Source: Octopus sinensis (Eukaryota). From it: DNA of 64,000 bases. Position numbers and translations under genes: made by a program. Within the stretch, counting starts at the first letter, position 1. The number at the start of each line of letters is the position of its first letter. Shown piece after piece: positions 1 to 12,455 of this stretch. A model generated the notes under the pieces. That model searched no databases. It was not told where the DNA came from and worked only from the letters and a program-made list of their open reading frames with translations. The DNA lies in assembly GCF_006345805.1 (NCBI RefSeq), contig NC_043013.1:46748001-46812000 (forward strand), written 5' to 3'.

Positions 1-399
1 AACCAAAAAGTACTTCATCTAGTGAGAGATAAATTTAATTTAATGCACAACCGAAAGAGCTACAAATAGCTTCGTGCTTTTATGATATTTTAACTAGACA
101 CACGCTCACACAGAGACACAGAAACACACGTGTGTATGCATATATATATGTATGCATGTGTATATATTTGTGTGTATGTATGCATCTATGCATTCCTCAT
201 ATTCATGTGTTTGTGTGTTTGTATGCATGTGTGTGTGTATGTGTGAGAAGTCTACGTGTGTGTATATGGTCATGTGTTTCAGTCTTGATGTGTATATGTA
301 TTTGTGTGTTTGTGCTTGTTTGTCCATATTGCCGATGTACCTATGCATCCGTTTACTTACATATCCATTTACCTACACAAACACACACACACACATACA

Positions 400-570
400 C
401 ATATTTTTCTCTCCTTTTTTTCTCTCCTTGTTTTTTCTGTGTCCCTTTCTGTAGAAGAGCGTAGGCTCGAAACGTAAAAAACTTTTTCTATTCCTGAGCG
501 TTATACTAATACATCTGTTTGTTTGGTACACCACCTGTCTTCGTCTTTTGCTTTTTCCGCAAACTCTCCC
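400..570 (+). mobile_element. Family G repeat, Penelope-like (PLE) terminal-repeat fragment with a hammerhead-like motif
   Basis: Near-identical to 42095-42260 and to the reverse complement of 44820-44995; contains CTGTAGAAGAGCGTAGGCTCGAAACGTAAAA, a PLE-type ...CGAAACGT terminal motif. Confidence 0.55.
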
Positions 571-585
571 AATATTATATAATAA

Positions 586-642
<57 letters not shown>

Positions 643-665
643 ATATATAATATTATATATATAAT

Positions 666-703
<38 letters not shown>

Positions 704-988
704 TAATATATATATATATATGATGTCGTTGTAATGTTCTGATATCTTGTAAAGATCATTACACTGACTTATTCCATCAAATTAATGGTAGTTTAGAATA
801 TCAGTTTTTAATGGCTTAGTTAGGAGGTGAAAAGCAGCAACCATCCTCTATTGAGGTTTCCAAGGCTAGTGAGACGAAAGGGGGAAATTCTCTATAAAAT
901 GGATCTGAATTCTACTAACAAAAAAAAAAAAAATGCTATCAAACCGGATGACGGATTAAGTCCAATATCACCCGTATATATATGTATA

Positions 989-1025
<37 letters not shown>

Positions 1026-1227
1026 ATTATAGTATATGTATATGTATATGTAATATGTATATGTATAGTTATATATGCATATATATATTATATATATGTA
1101 TATATATATTTTTTATTTTTTAATTTTTTATTTTATCTAGTTTTAGCTTACAAGCTGTGGCCATGCTGGGGCACCGCCATAATATATATATTATATATAT
1201 GTATATATACGTGTAATATATATATTT

Positions 1228-1262
<35 letters not shown>

Positions 1263-2519
1263 TGTGTGTGTGTTGTATGTGTGTGTGTATATGTATATAT
1301 ATATGTATGTATGTAAGTATGTATATATGTGTATATCATATCAGATCGCCATTCCAGTAGTTATATATATTAACGAAGTGGAGGAAAACTTGATGTCAGA
1401 AAATCTTTATTTACCCAAGTAAACAGCTCAATTGATGTCAAGACTGGGAAAATATTCAGCGCATTTAATCGGCTGAACTGAAAAGGCCTAGTCTTCCCTT
1501 TGAACTTCAAATTCTATAAATCAAAGCATAATGGCCTTTATGTGTTTCCATATGGATGTAAATCGAATCAAAGAGCATGGAATAAAAAAATGAAAAGAAA
1601 AAAAAGAAAACAGTAAAAAGAAAACGGAAAAAAAAATGTAAAGAAGTGTTACAGCTGCTTTTTTTTTCTACAAGTTCCTTTTGCAAAATCATGGGCTCTG
1701 AATAAAGTAAGTACATTGTAATAAAAAAAATCTGAGAATCTGATTGGAGCAGCGTTATGGAAGACAATTATGGTCACATCTCCGACATCTTTCTTCACAC
1801 ATGTCTCATAAAAAGTATTAATCGAACTATGAATCAATGAAAAATCAAACAGGCATAAGAGGAAAAATTATCAACTACTTTTCGTTTAAGTATTCGTACA
1901 TATGTCCGTCTTCGTTTGCGGAAAATATTAATGAATGAAACGAAAAAACCCGAAGTGATATGTAACTTTACGGAATTAGGCTCATAAAATTTTGGGGTTT
2001 TTACTTTGTCGGAACCGCAGGGAGCAGAATTGTTAAAGTCTTACGGAAACCATTTAAAAGTCATCGTTTCGTATCTCCCGTTATCCCCACGAAATTACGG
2101 AACGCAAAATGACTGATTTCTTTCTTGTAAGTCCCACAAATTGAAATACTGCGTTGCTAAGTACTTCTTGGAACCGCTAACATCCAGTTCGTGTCCTATG
2201 GTAAATATCCTAGCAAGTGACCACACCACTAATACGCCTAAGACTACTACCAACTGCAGTGACACCACCGATATCACTGTCATCGCGGGTGCTGCGGCAC
2301 TCACCATCGGTGCTGTGGCCGTCACCACCGGTGCCGCCGCCGCCGCCGTCATCACCGATGCTACCGTCCCCACCGTTATTCCCCGCTGCCACCACAACCA
2401 TCATTACCGCCGCTGCCGCTGCACCCCCACCAGTCTCACCACCGCCATTACCACCGCTGCCGCTGTCACCACTGCCTCAGTGAAATTGAATTCTAAAATG
2501 AACGAAATATAAAAGTGTA

Positions 2520-2660
2520 AGCCTTAGGTCAAACCTGACTTAGTTCATCTATAATTAAAGGCGTTCTAGCGTGAACATTTCGTATTTCTGAAGTGTGATT
2601 CGAGAGAAATTTGGCTGCTCTTTCTGGCAGACCTAACGATCACATCGAAGCTCCCTTAGC
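2520..2660 (+). repeat. Unclassified short interspersed repeat family D, degraded copy
   Basis: Shares ...aaaggc(a/g)ttc(t/c)a(a/g)cgtga... and ttggctgct(a/c)tttct(a/g)gcag with 7540-7620, 37925-38110 (reverse complement) and 48780-49030. Confidence 0.5.
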
Positions 2661-4183
2661 GGTTGGCGCGAACGACGAATATGTTTCTACGGTGGATGAC
2701 AGACAAGTCGATACTGTTTACATCTGTTTCGTTGGTTTCTTTCTCTATATTCCCACAAAACATCGCCCTTTATTAGATGTAAATATAATTATTTACTCAA
2801 CCATTTGATATTGTTAAATATATAAAACAACAATTTGCTTTGTATATAATGTAACAATTTATATATTATATAAAACACAAAGCAATTGCATGACTCAAAA
2901 TAGCTGTGTAACAATGAACAGAAAAAAAAACCAAGCTAACAGCATCAACAGCACATATCGTTTTAAAATCTGAAGGCGGCTATTGGTCTGACAAATTCGG
3001 CGAATGTTATTTAAATAAAAAGATGAGAAAGTAAAGTAGATCAAGTGTACAATATTGATGATAGGAACACACCACACAAAAAAAAAAAAAGAAACAAACT
3101 AAGTAGAATGGAGGGAGAAAGGAAGTAGTAAGTGTATAGCTGAATATGAAAACAGGGCCTAGTAATAACGAGACAAGCACTTAAAGAAATAACAGTAACA
3201 AAACAAAAATGATAAAAGCAGTTCTAAGGATCTCTTTCTGTAAAATGGACCCATAAATAATGCATATAGATTATCTTTGAAAACTAAAGAACAAAAAAAA
3301 ACCACCATAGAAACAAAGAAAAGAAATAAATAAAAAATTGTATGTATATAAGATACAAATAAACAAGAAAAATAAGAATAAAAATAAAATGAATTATATG
3401 TAAAAAAAAAGAAAGAAAAATGAAATATGAATAAAAAGATAAATAAAGTTAAATAATAAAAAGAAGAGAGAAAAATGTAAATAATAAGGAGTGGTGGTCG
3501 GGGAAGGGTTGTTCCCTGGGGTCGAACATTCGCAAGGAATCTGATGAATATTTTTATGAAAAATATTTAAAATTCCATTAAAGTACTTTATTAGATATAA
3601 TGAATTACTCCACAAGTATTGCAGTGTTGTTTTTTGTTGTGTGTGTGTATATGTGTATATGTATGTGTGTGTTGTGTGTGTGTGTGTGTGTGTGTGTGCA
3701 TGCGTGTGTGTGTGTGTCTTTATTGATTCATATTCACGTAGCGTAGAGAATAAAGAACACAGAGGAAGTTGGAGGTAAGAGAGGAAGAAGAGAGGGAATT
3801 CAGGGTAAGAGAGGAAGAGGAGAAGGGGAGGAGAGGGGGAAGAGAAAGGGAGGGGGGATGAGGGGGAGAAGGAGAGAACTGGGGGGAGACCAGTCAATTG
3901 GAACAACGCATTATGGGAAATAAAACGTGAAAGGTCTTAACAGATGCTGTTCAATAATTGCTTCGTAGTAATAAAACCACTGGCTAGATCTCTTTATACC
4001 TATACAACCTTACATACATTATATATATATATATATACACCCCGTCACGCAGATATACACTCTACGCCATCCCATCACACATACTGTATACACGCCGTTC
4101 TATTTCTATTCAAAACTGTATACGATTTATCGCATTATATTCTACTCGTCTATTTCAACAGACACTGGTTAATACTACTAATA

Positions 4184-4249
<66 letters not shown>

Positions 4250-4290
4250 GTAATAGTAATAGTAATAGTAATAGTAATAATAATAATAAC

Positions 4291-4330
<40 letters not shown>

Positions 4331-4381
4331 GTAATAGTAATAGTAATAATAATAATAATAACAACAATAATAATAATAATA

Positions 4382-4420
<39 letters not shown>

Positions 4421-4456
4421 GTAATAGTAATAGTAATAATAATAATAATAATAATC

Positions 4457-4502
<46 letters not shown>

Positions 4503-4512
4503 TGATGATGGT
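4184..4512. repeat. (ATG)n/(AAT)n microsatellite abutting a SINE-B tail
   Basis: Seen directly in the sequence. Confidence 0.95.
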
Positions 4513-4724
4513 TTAAAATTTTGGCACAAGGCCAGCAAGTTTCAGGGAAGGGGATAAGTCGATTACATCCACCCCCAGTACTCGACTGGTACTCATTTTA
4601 TCGACGCCGAAAGACGAAATACAAAGTCGACCTCGGCGGGATTTGAATTCAGAACGTAGCGACGGGCGAAATACCGCTAAACATTTCGTTCAGCGTGCTA
4701 AAAGTTTTACCAGCTTGCCACCTT
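4511..4724 (-). mobile_element. tRNA-derived SINE family B, Y-type tail monomer
   Basis: Reverse complement reads AAGGTGGCAAGCTGG...GTTCTGAATTCAAATCCCGCCGAGGTCGACTTTG...; tail ...gctggccttgtgccaaaattt. Confidence 0.85.
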
Positions 4725-4729
4725 AAAAA

Positions 4730-4795
<66 letters not shown>

Positions 4796-4797
<2 letters not shown>

Positions 4798-4962
4798 CCT
4801 ATCTACTATAGGCACAAGCCCTGAGATTTTTGGGGAGAGGACTAGTCGATTACAGCGACCCAGTGCATGACTGGTATTCAATTCATCGAAACCAAAAGGA
4901 TGAAAGGCTAAGTCGACCTCTATGGAATTTGACCTCAGAACGTAGCGACGAGCGAAATGTCG
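4796..4962 (-). mobile_element. SINE family B, X-type tail monomer (5' truncated)
   Basis: Same core GGTCGACTT-GCCTTTCATCC; tail ...cttgtgcctatagtagatagg followed by (ATT)n. Confidence 0.8.
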
Positions 4963-5114
4963 TATGTATGTCTTGTGCATATGCTTGCATCTCTAGACAT
5001 GCTAATATATATACTTAAATGATAAATTTCAGGAAAGTTTTACAGGTTTTTACAGTTCCTGTGATGGCTTGGACCGGAAGTCTTCAAAGCAACTTTCTGC
5101 TTTTGGGAAGCTTA

Positions 5115-5148
5115 TATATGTATGTATGTATGTTTGTATGTATGTATG

Positions 5149-5180
<32 letters not shown>

Positions 5181-5400
5181 TGTGTGTATGTTTGTATGTA
5201 GGTATGTATGTATGTATGGATATGTATGTATGTATGTACGTATGCATGCATGTATGTATGTATGTATGTACGTATGTATGTATGCATGTATGTATGTATG
5301 TATGTACGTATGTATGTATGCATGTATGTATGTATGTACGTATGTATGCATATATGTATGTACGTATGCATGCATACATGCATGTATGTATGTATGTACG
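5115..5400. repeat. (TATG)n microsatellite
   Basis: Seen directly in the sequence. Confidence 0.95.
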
Positions 5401-5788
5401 CATGTATATATGTTTGTATATTTATGTATACGCGCACACACATGCACACACACGAACACAATATTACACACACGCATACAGGTATAGGTATGGTTGTTTG
5501 GTTAGGACATAATTTCCTAACCACATAGTTTCGGATTCAGCCACACCGCATGTTCTACTAAAGACTATAGCCTCAATGATCGCCAGTGAGATTTGTACAC
5601 GAAAACTATATACTTGCTCTGCTTGGTGTGTGTGTGTCTGCGCGCGCCTGCGTGCGTGAGTGCGTGTATGTGTGTCTATATGTGCATCAGTACATTTCCG
5701 CGTCAGTCTGCATCCCTGCATTTACACTGACACCACTTGTATTTTTATGTCCCACCTGCCATCAATTGGTTTAACAAAAAGCTATCAG

Positions 5789-6200
5789 ACGCAGGGGTGG
5801 CTGTGTGGTAAGTAGCTTGCTAACCGACCACATGGTTCCGGGTTCAGTCCCACTGCGTGGCATCTTGGGCAAGTGTCTTCTGCTATAGCCCCGGGCCGAC
5901 CAATGCCTTGTGAGTGGATTTGGTAGACGGAAACTGAAAGAAGCCTGTCGTATATATGTATATATATGTATGTGTGTGTGTTTGTGTGTCTGTGTTTGTT
6001 CCCCTAGCATTGCTTGACAACCGATGCTGGTGTGTTTACGTCCCCGTCACTTAGCGGTTCGGCAAAAAGAGACCGATAGAATAAGTACTAGGCTTACAAA
6101 AAGAATGAGTCCCGGTGTCGAGTTGCTCGACTAAAAGGCGGTGCTCCAGCATGGCCGCAGTCAAAATGACTGAAACAAGTAAAAGAAAAGAAAAGAAAGA
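5789..6200 (+). mobile_element. tRNA-derived SINE family A, full length, young
   Basis: Box A-like TGGCTGTGTGGT and box B-like GGTTCAGTCCC; central (TA)(TG) microsatellite; 3' CAGCATGGCCGCAGTCAAAATGACTGAAACAAG plus (AAAAG)n; nearly identical to 47325-47723 reverse complement. Confidence 0.9.
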
Positions 6201-6527
6201 AAATACACCAGGATCCATTTAATTATTGGTGCTGAGTGAATCGTGCTAAAGCATCTCAAAAACAAAGGGGGACATGTTAGAAATTCTATTCTATTCCCAT
6301 GATTCTGTTCCTTATTTCTCCCCGATTCCCGCGACTGCCTTCACTTATGTTCCACAATTGTTTTCCCAGTTCCTTTTGTGCATGTTTTCAAGTAAGCTGA
6401 ATTCATTGGACAAAATTCTTGTCTTCAATCACTCCTCTAATGCCAGTATATTTTAATTTTAGCGTCATTCATACTTATTTCACTAAAAACCGCCATATTT
6501 ATACCTACTAACTTCCTTATATACACA

Positions 6528-6846
6528 CTAGCAGTATCGCCCGGCTTTGCTGGGTTTGTAAGGGAAATAACTATATAAGCATTTTTAGAGAGTTATAGCC
6601 AAAAAATAGCAAAAAACTGCATTAAAAATGGAAAACAAATGATGGTAAATTTTTTTTTAAATCGTTGACTCATTGTAGACATTTTTAGAGAGTTACTTCC
6701 CTTATATAATAGCGAAAAAAATGCATTAAAATGGAAAAAAATGATGGTAAATGTTTTTTTTAAATCACAGACTCATCGTAGACGCGGGCTAATACCCCGC
6801 AAAATGTGGGAGTAGTTAGGAATCTAAACTTCACTTTATATATAAC
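6528..6846 (-). mobile_element. Non-autonomous Helitron
   Basis: 3' CCCAGCAAAGCCGGG hairpin then CTAG|T on the minus strand; shares its 3' part with 40668-41046 and 48119-48511; internal ~100-bp duplication. Confidence 0.75.
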
Positions 6847-7239
6847 GCCTTTGCTCTCATTTTATATTCCTCTGTTTTCTCCCCTCGTTTCTCTATTATG
6901 GGGTGCTGCAAATGAAATATTTTTGAAATTTAGATGTTTCCTTGTGTATGGAGCAATAGATTTTATAGCTGAATGTCTTCGTTGATGATAAATAATTCAT
7001 TAGCAATATAGTAAGTTAGTAGTCCTACATATTCCATTGCTAAATAATTATGACAAGCAGAGTTATGTACCTTGTCCAAAGAGGTATCACAGTAATTTCA
7101 GTAAGATTTGAAGTCAAGATTCGTGTGATCAATAGTCAAGTACTTTAACCTCGTATTGGCTTCGGCTTTATTGATTATTGGAACACGAATACAAATTTAT
7201 AGAGAAGGAATATAATCAGTAGAATCATGACTACTGATT

Positions 7240-7530
7240 TTTGTTTTTAATTGACCTTGAGGATAATAGGCCCCAGCGGGATTTCTACTCAAAACATAAA
7301 GGGATCGAAACGAAATACCGTTTGGCATTTAATCCGGCGTGATAACGTTTCTGCTACTCACTCACCTTTGACCTTGTTTCTGATAATGAAAATATCGATT
7401 TTTAACATTAGCACAAGGTCAGCCATTTTAGGAGAGGGTACAATCGATTAAATCAGCTCTAATACTTGATTGGCACTTATTTTATCGACCCTGGAAAGAA
7501 GAAAAGGCAAACTTGACCCCGAATGGATTG
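7240..7530 (-). mobile_element. Two degraded SINE-B fragments
   Basis: Similarity to the family B head (7240-7348) and to the core plus Y tail (7365-7530). Confidence 0.6.
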
Positions 7531-7748
7531 TTGTTTAGCCTAAGGTCAGGCTTGATTGTGCAGATGCATGATCAAAGGCATTCTAACCGTGACTCTCCTG
7601 TCTTCTTTTTAACGCATAGTTAGTTTATCTTGGACTATATTATCGAATGTGTCCTTCCAGAATTTTTACGACTTGTTAACTCCCCGATGGTTTTATCTAT
7701 CCAACACTCTAACGACTGCCAGTTCGCCGCTTTTTATGTATAATTATG

Positions 7749-7789
<41 letters not shown>

Positions 7790-7869
7790 TTCTATCCGCC
7801 TGTCTATCTGTCTCTCTTTGTATATTACTCATACACACACATAAGCGCGCATACACACATCAGGCGCGC

Positions 7870-7913
<44 letters not shown>

Positions 7914-8499
7914 ATCACGTGACCGACCAGACCATCAGATGTTGTTACACATCGCTGGTCACAATGCGTTCGCATTGTTTTAGCCTTCGAATGACGCCAC
8001 CCCGCTGGCTAAGCGAGCAGGATTTATATATATATAAGCAGTATGGACAAATGCGTATATCTTGTAACTAATTTGTCCCGGATTTGTTTCCAAAGCGTGG
8101 CACCTGATGAAAAATATTTTTCTCTCCATAGCCTCGATTTGCTTCATATGTGTGAACCGAATGGTATGGACGGAAACCCTTAGATGGATTGCATCTGTAA
8201 ATCAAAAGGCACAACAAAACATATTAGACACTGTGCCAGGCTGGGTCTGCTGTAGAATTACGTTAAGGGTGCATGTATCTGTGAAATATTCAGTTACTTA
8301 CACTCTAATTCTGGAGTAGGCATTTCAGAACGATGGAGATCAAACAATGCGCACCCCTATATACACACGCACACGCGCGCACACACACACACACAATCAT
8401 ATCCACACGTACACACAGACACATGCACACACAGACACATGCACACACAGACACATGCACACACAGACACATGCACACATATCAATACATGTACATATA

Positions 8500-9495
8500 C
8501 GAGGGTGGATTCACAAATTCATAGGTTCACTATGAAGGAGTCATGGTAGAGCAGCGAAATTTTGCATGCATTAATTTCAAACCTTCTTCTTAATGACTGA
8601 ATTGTTTCTTTTCGCGTAAACTGGCAACTGATTGTTCAAAGAAGTGACAAAATCTGGTACCGTACTGTTATAAAGTATCAACAGAAAAAAGGGTTTAGCC
8701 TCAAACGATATTCATGCAGACATGGTTGCTAAAATAGGGGATGACGCACCATTTATATCCTTAGTGCAAAAGTGGGCAGCTGAATTTAGAAGGAGACGTA
8801 AGGGCCTAGAAAACAATCCAGAGTATTGCACCAGCAACAGCCATGCAACAGCTATGCAACAGCCAACGCCGAGGAAAACATTGATCGTGTTCACCACAGG
8901 TTGATAGATGACGGGCAATTGACTATAAATGAAATATTCAATGATCTTAGCCGATCGCATGAGAGAGGAGAGAATGTTCTTCGTGGTAACGAAGATTTCT
9001 GCTCTGTATGCACAGAATGCTGATCACAACACGGGAAACTATGACATCGTTTGAGATAGATCTAGTGGGTTTCCTTCAGCGTTTCCTTATTCAGGATGAG
9101 TGTTGGGTTCATCATTGTGTGCTAGAGGCACAGAGACAACCCCTTCTGTAAAAATGCCCCTCCTCTTCTTTTCCAAAGCAGGCCAAGGTCGTTTCATCTG
9201 CAAGGAAGTTGACGGCCTCATTTATTTGGGATGCAAGAGGGATCGATTTTATAGTCTTGAAAGGTACCACACCGTCAATGGAGAGTACTATGCCAACTTA
9301 CTAAGGCTGTTACGGAAGATTACTCGCCCAGGAAAGCTGATGAAAAATTTCTTGTTTCATCAGGGAAATGCTCCATTGCACAGGTCCTTCGTTTGAATGG
9401 TTGCTGTGCGTGATCGTGGCTTTGAATTAGTATATGCGACTATATTCTTTTCATTTGGTATATCTGACTATCGGCTGTTCCCCAACATGAAATAA
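8500..9495 (+). mobile_element. Mariner (DD34D-type) transposon remnant, 3' truncated, transposase disrupted
   Basis: TA|CGAGGG terminus; translates to KIWYRTVIKY..DIHADMVAKIGDDAP..VQKWAAEFRR, ENIDRVHH, TVNGEYYANLL, LFHQGNAPLH and DYRLFPNMK, with stops and frameshifts. Confidence 0.88.
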
Positions 9496-10315
9496 AAAAA
9501 GTCATAAGCGAACTCTACTGGACTCAGTAAACTAATCTCTGACCTCAAGGTCTCTAACAAATCTTTTTCTTTAGAATGGAAAATTCTTTCTAGATCTTTT
9601 CCTTATTATAAAGGGAAATTTTTCTGCCCTTTATGCACGGAAGAGCAGTATTTTATTCTCTTCTCTAAACATAAATTGGTAAACAAATTTACACAGAGAG
9701 AGAGTTTACAAATGTATTCATTGGAAAAAAAAAAACTACTCTTTTAGTTCCTTCAAATAATATCCACCGGTAACCTTATAATATTTTCTGCAAATGTTCT
9801 TTTCTTTATTCTTCCATCTTACTTCCCATAACTCTTAACCCCATTTCTTTACTTTTCCTTTATGCATTTTCATGTATACAATTCGCCTGTTCCTTTTCAC
9901 TCTCTCTTTCTACCTCTTGTTTTTTTTCCTTCCATATATTTCTCTTCTTTTTCTCCTTCTCTCGCCCAATCTAGTTAATTTCCTTAAAACCAATTTAAAT
10001 TTCTAGAGTTCACTTACTACCTGGCTTTCCCTATATCTATATGTGTACATACCCATTTTTGCTATGGCACGTATGTATATTTGGCAGTGTGCACAATAAT
10101 GTATATGTGTGTGTATGGGTTTGTTATAGTGTGTTTGTGTCGGTCGATGCTTTGGGATCTATGTGCCCAGTATGTGTATGAACACCCTTAACCTAATAAT
10201 AATTTCTGCAAATTTTCTTCCCATCTTTTTTCCCATCTTACTTCCTATAATTTTTCCCGCTTTCCTCTTCTTTCCTTTCTTTTCATGCCTTTTTTATATT
10301 TAGAATTTTCCCGTT

Positions 10316-10353
<38 letters not shown>

Positions 10354-11849
10354 ACTTTGTTTTATCCTTCCTTTCTTTCCTCCTCCAAATCTTTCTCTAC
10401 ATCTTCCCCTTTCGATAACGTCATAATGACGTTTCGATAACGTCATTTAAAATTCTTAGCGTCCCCTGTTCGTATATAAGTATTTTGTGAATGAACGAAT
10501 AACGTATATGTACTTAAGTAAGTTTGTGTATGTGTATACAATTATGCGTTTGGGTCTATCGATATTTTGGGATGTGTATGCTCTTCAGTATCCATACGAT
10601 CGTTTCTTTATGTGTATAAGTATGTGATCGTAAAGTATACTCCAGCATAAGCATGCTTCTATGTTGTTGCCGCGGGAATATGTACGAGTATATGTATAGA
10701 TATATATGCATATGTCTGTGAGTATATTTCTGCCAATGTATGTATTTGAATATATATTTATGTGTGTTTGTGTGTATGTATATGTATGTATTTATGTATA
10801 TGTTTATACATAGAAAGATATATTTCAGTACAGCATGTATCTATAGTGAATGTATATTATAAATGTGGAAATTGACGATTTAAAGTTAGTTCTCAGCATA
10901 TTGGCATTGAAATAATTTTTCTATTACCCTTGTTTATAAATTGTGTATAATTTAAAATTTTACAGGTATTTCAATATACTGCCACTTTTGATGAAATTTT
11001 TTCTGAAAACTTTTTTTATCCTATATTATTATTTGTAGATATAGGTGTATATATATATTTATGTGCATGTGTATATATATTAGTGCGTGTGTGTGTGTAT
11101 ATGTGTTTGTATACGTTTGTGTTTTTTGTAGGTATATAATGTTTATATTTACACGTCACATATTTCAGTGTGTGTACGCGTGTGTGGTATGAAAATAAAT
11201 ACGTTACATTTTATAAGACTTTCTAATTCTACTAACATGTCTGTTTGATGAGTTTGTTCTATCCTTCCTGATGAGATTGATGCATTTTTGGCCATAATTT
11301 ATCCTGTCGGACATTTTGGAGTGCATCCGTCGAAACATATGTAGAAGAAATCAAGATATAAATGGTTTAACAACATCTTGAGAGCTCGTCTCCTTATTCA
11401 ACTTTCCTATATGTTATATATATGTATGTGCATATATATGTATATATATATGTATGTGTGTATATTTATATGTATATATAAATGTGAGTGTGTATGTGTG
11501 TGTGTATATGTATTTATATATCTGCGTGTGTGTGTACGTGCGTGGTATGTATATATACATGTTTGTTAATTTGTTGTGAATATCATTTGATATATCCAAA
11601 AGATATTCATAAACAAAATAAGTAAGACTGTATTGAAAATGTAACAAAACAAATTTTAAGAATGAAAAAATGTGTATAAATTTATTTTAAAAAAAATATG
11701 TATATATTTCTTTCTGTAGCTGCTAAAGGCTTTTCTGTATTACACACCCACATATACTGAAACACGATTCTATTCTAGCGTTATCTTTTCTATCAATGCT
11801 TCTTTTTTCCTGATATAATCATATGCATAACATACACTGAAAATTATAC

Positions 11850-12036
11850 CAGGAAAATATGGAGTAGCTATGTGCACTCCTTTGGTCCCACGTCCATGAC
11901 GTTCTATGTGGCCATAATAAAAATTCAATGTTGTACCTAATTGCACACCTACAATGCTGGTGTGAATTGCAGCTGGTATGTATTGATGGTGTCTCCATCG
12001 TAGACAAGTAAAAAGAAAACCAAGAAAATTTCTATA
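11850..12036 (-). CDS. Putative internal coding exon of an unidentified protein: YRNFLGFLFTCLRWRHHQYIPAAIHTSIVGVQLGTTLNFYYGHIERHGRGTKGVHIATPYFP(G)
   Basis: ttttag| acceptor preceded by an in-frame TAG; 62 open codons, non-repetitive, only ~14/62 third positions G/C; donor CTG|GTATAA (alternative AGT|GTATGT ending the exon at 11836). Confidence 0.6.
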
Positions 12037-12175
12037 CTAAAATTCAATATCCAGAACAGTACAAATGGGATTCTTGACACACTTAACACAAATGTATTTA
12101 AATAGAAAATAACAGATAATCACCCCCGTTTAAATACGCAAAAAACAAGCAATGATTAAACATGCCTGTACTTAC

Positions 12176-12384
12176 AGGTAAACAGCAAATGACGTTTGAG
12201 ACACAAACTATCAGTGGTAAAAATCTATGGAGAAGAATATTTTTACTCTTCTCGGTGTAAGAAAAATGAAAATATTGATTCGGAGTTCCGGCGTTTTCAA
12301 ATATTTCTCTCGGGCTATAGCAAGAATGATAGAATTTTTCATTTGGTTTCGTTTCCTTTTTCCTTTTCTTTTGCCAGAATTTGC
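12176..12384 (-). CDS. Putative coding exon upstream of 11850-12036: (G)KFWQKKRKKETKPNEKFYHSCYSPREIFENAGTPNQYFHFSYTEKSKNILLHRFLPLIVCVSNVICCLP
   Basis: tatttttttcag| acceptor and CCT|GTAAGT donor; 209 nt with only one open frame, ending in phase 0, which matches the next exon across a 139-nt intron; the true acceptor could be internal. Confidence 0.45.
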
Positions 12385-12455
12385 CTGAAAAAAATACGTA
12401 AAGTTGTATTTTTCTGTTATTCATTTTTCGCTCGATAATCATGGTGTTCATACAG

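Noticed and set aside
1600-1710. AATGTAAAGAAGT (miR-1-like) and a 32-nt ag|...|gtaagt micro-exon (PFAKSWALNK)
   Set aside because: No precursor hairpin and the 5' end mismatches miR-1; the micro-exon has an AAG acceptor and no supporting neighbours
2210-2490. GC-rich Pro/Ala/Gly-rich ORFs on both strands, including a G|GTGAGT donor
   Set aside because: Decayed CCA/CCG triplet sequence; all frames from the nearest good acceptor hit stops
3541-3575. CTGATGA followed by an AT-rich stem
   Set aside because: The stem is followed by TTAAAA, not GAAA
9765-10640. Diverged ~420-bp tandem duplication of CT-rich/TG-rich sequence
   Set aside because: Similarity is largely low-complexity and there is no sign of function
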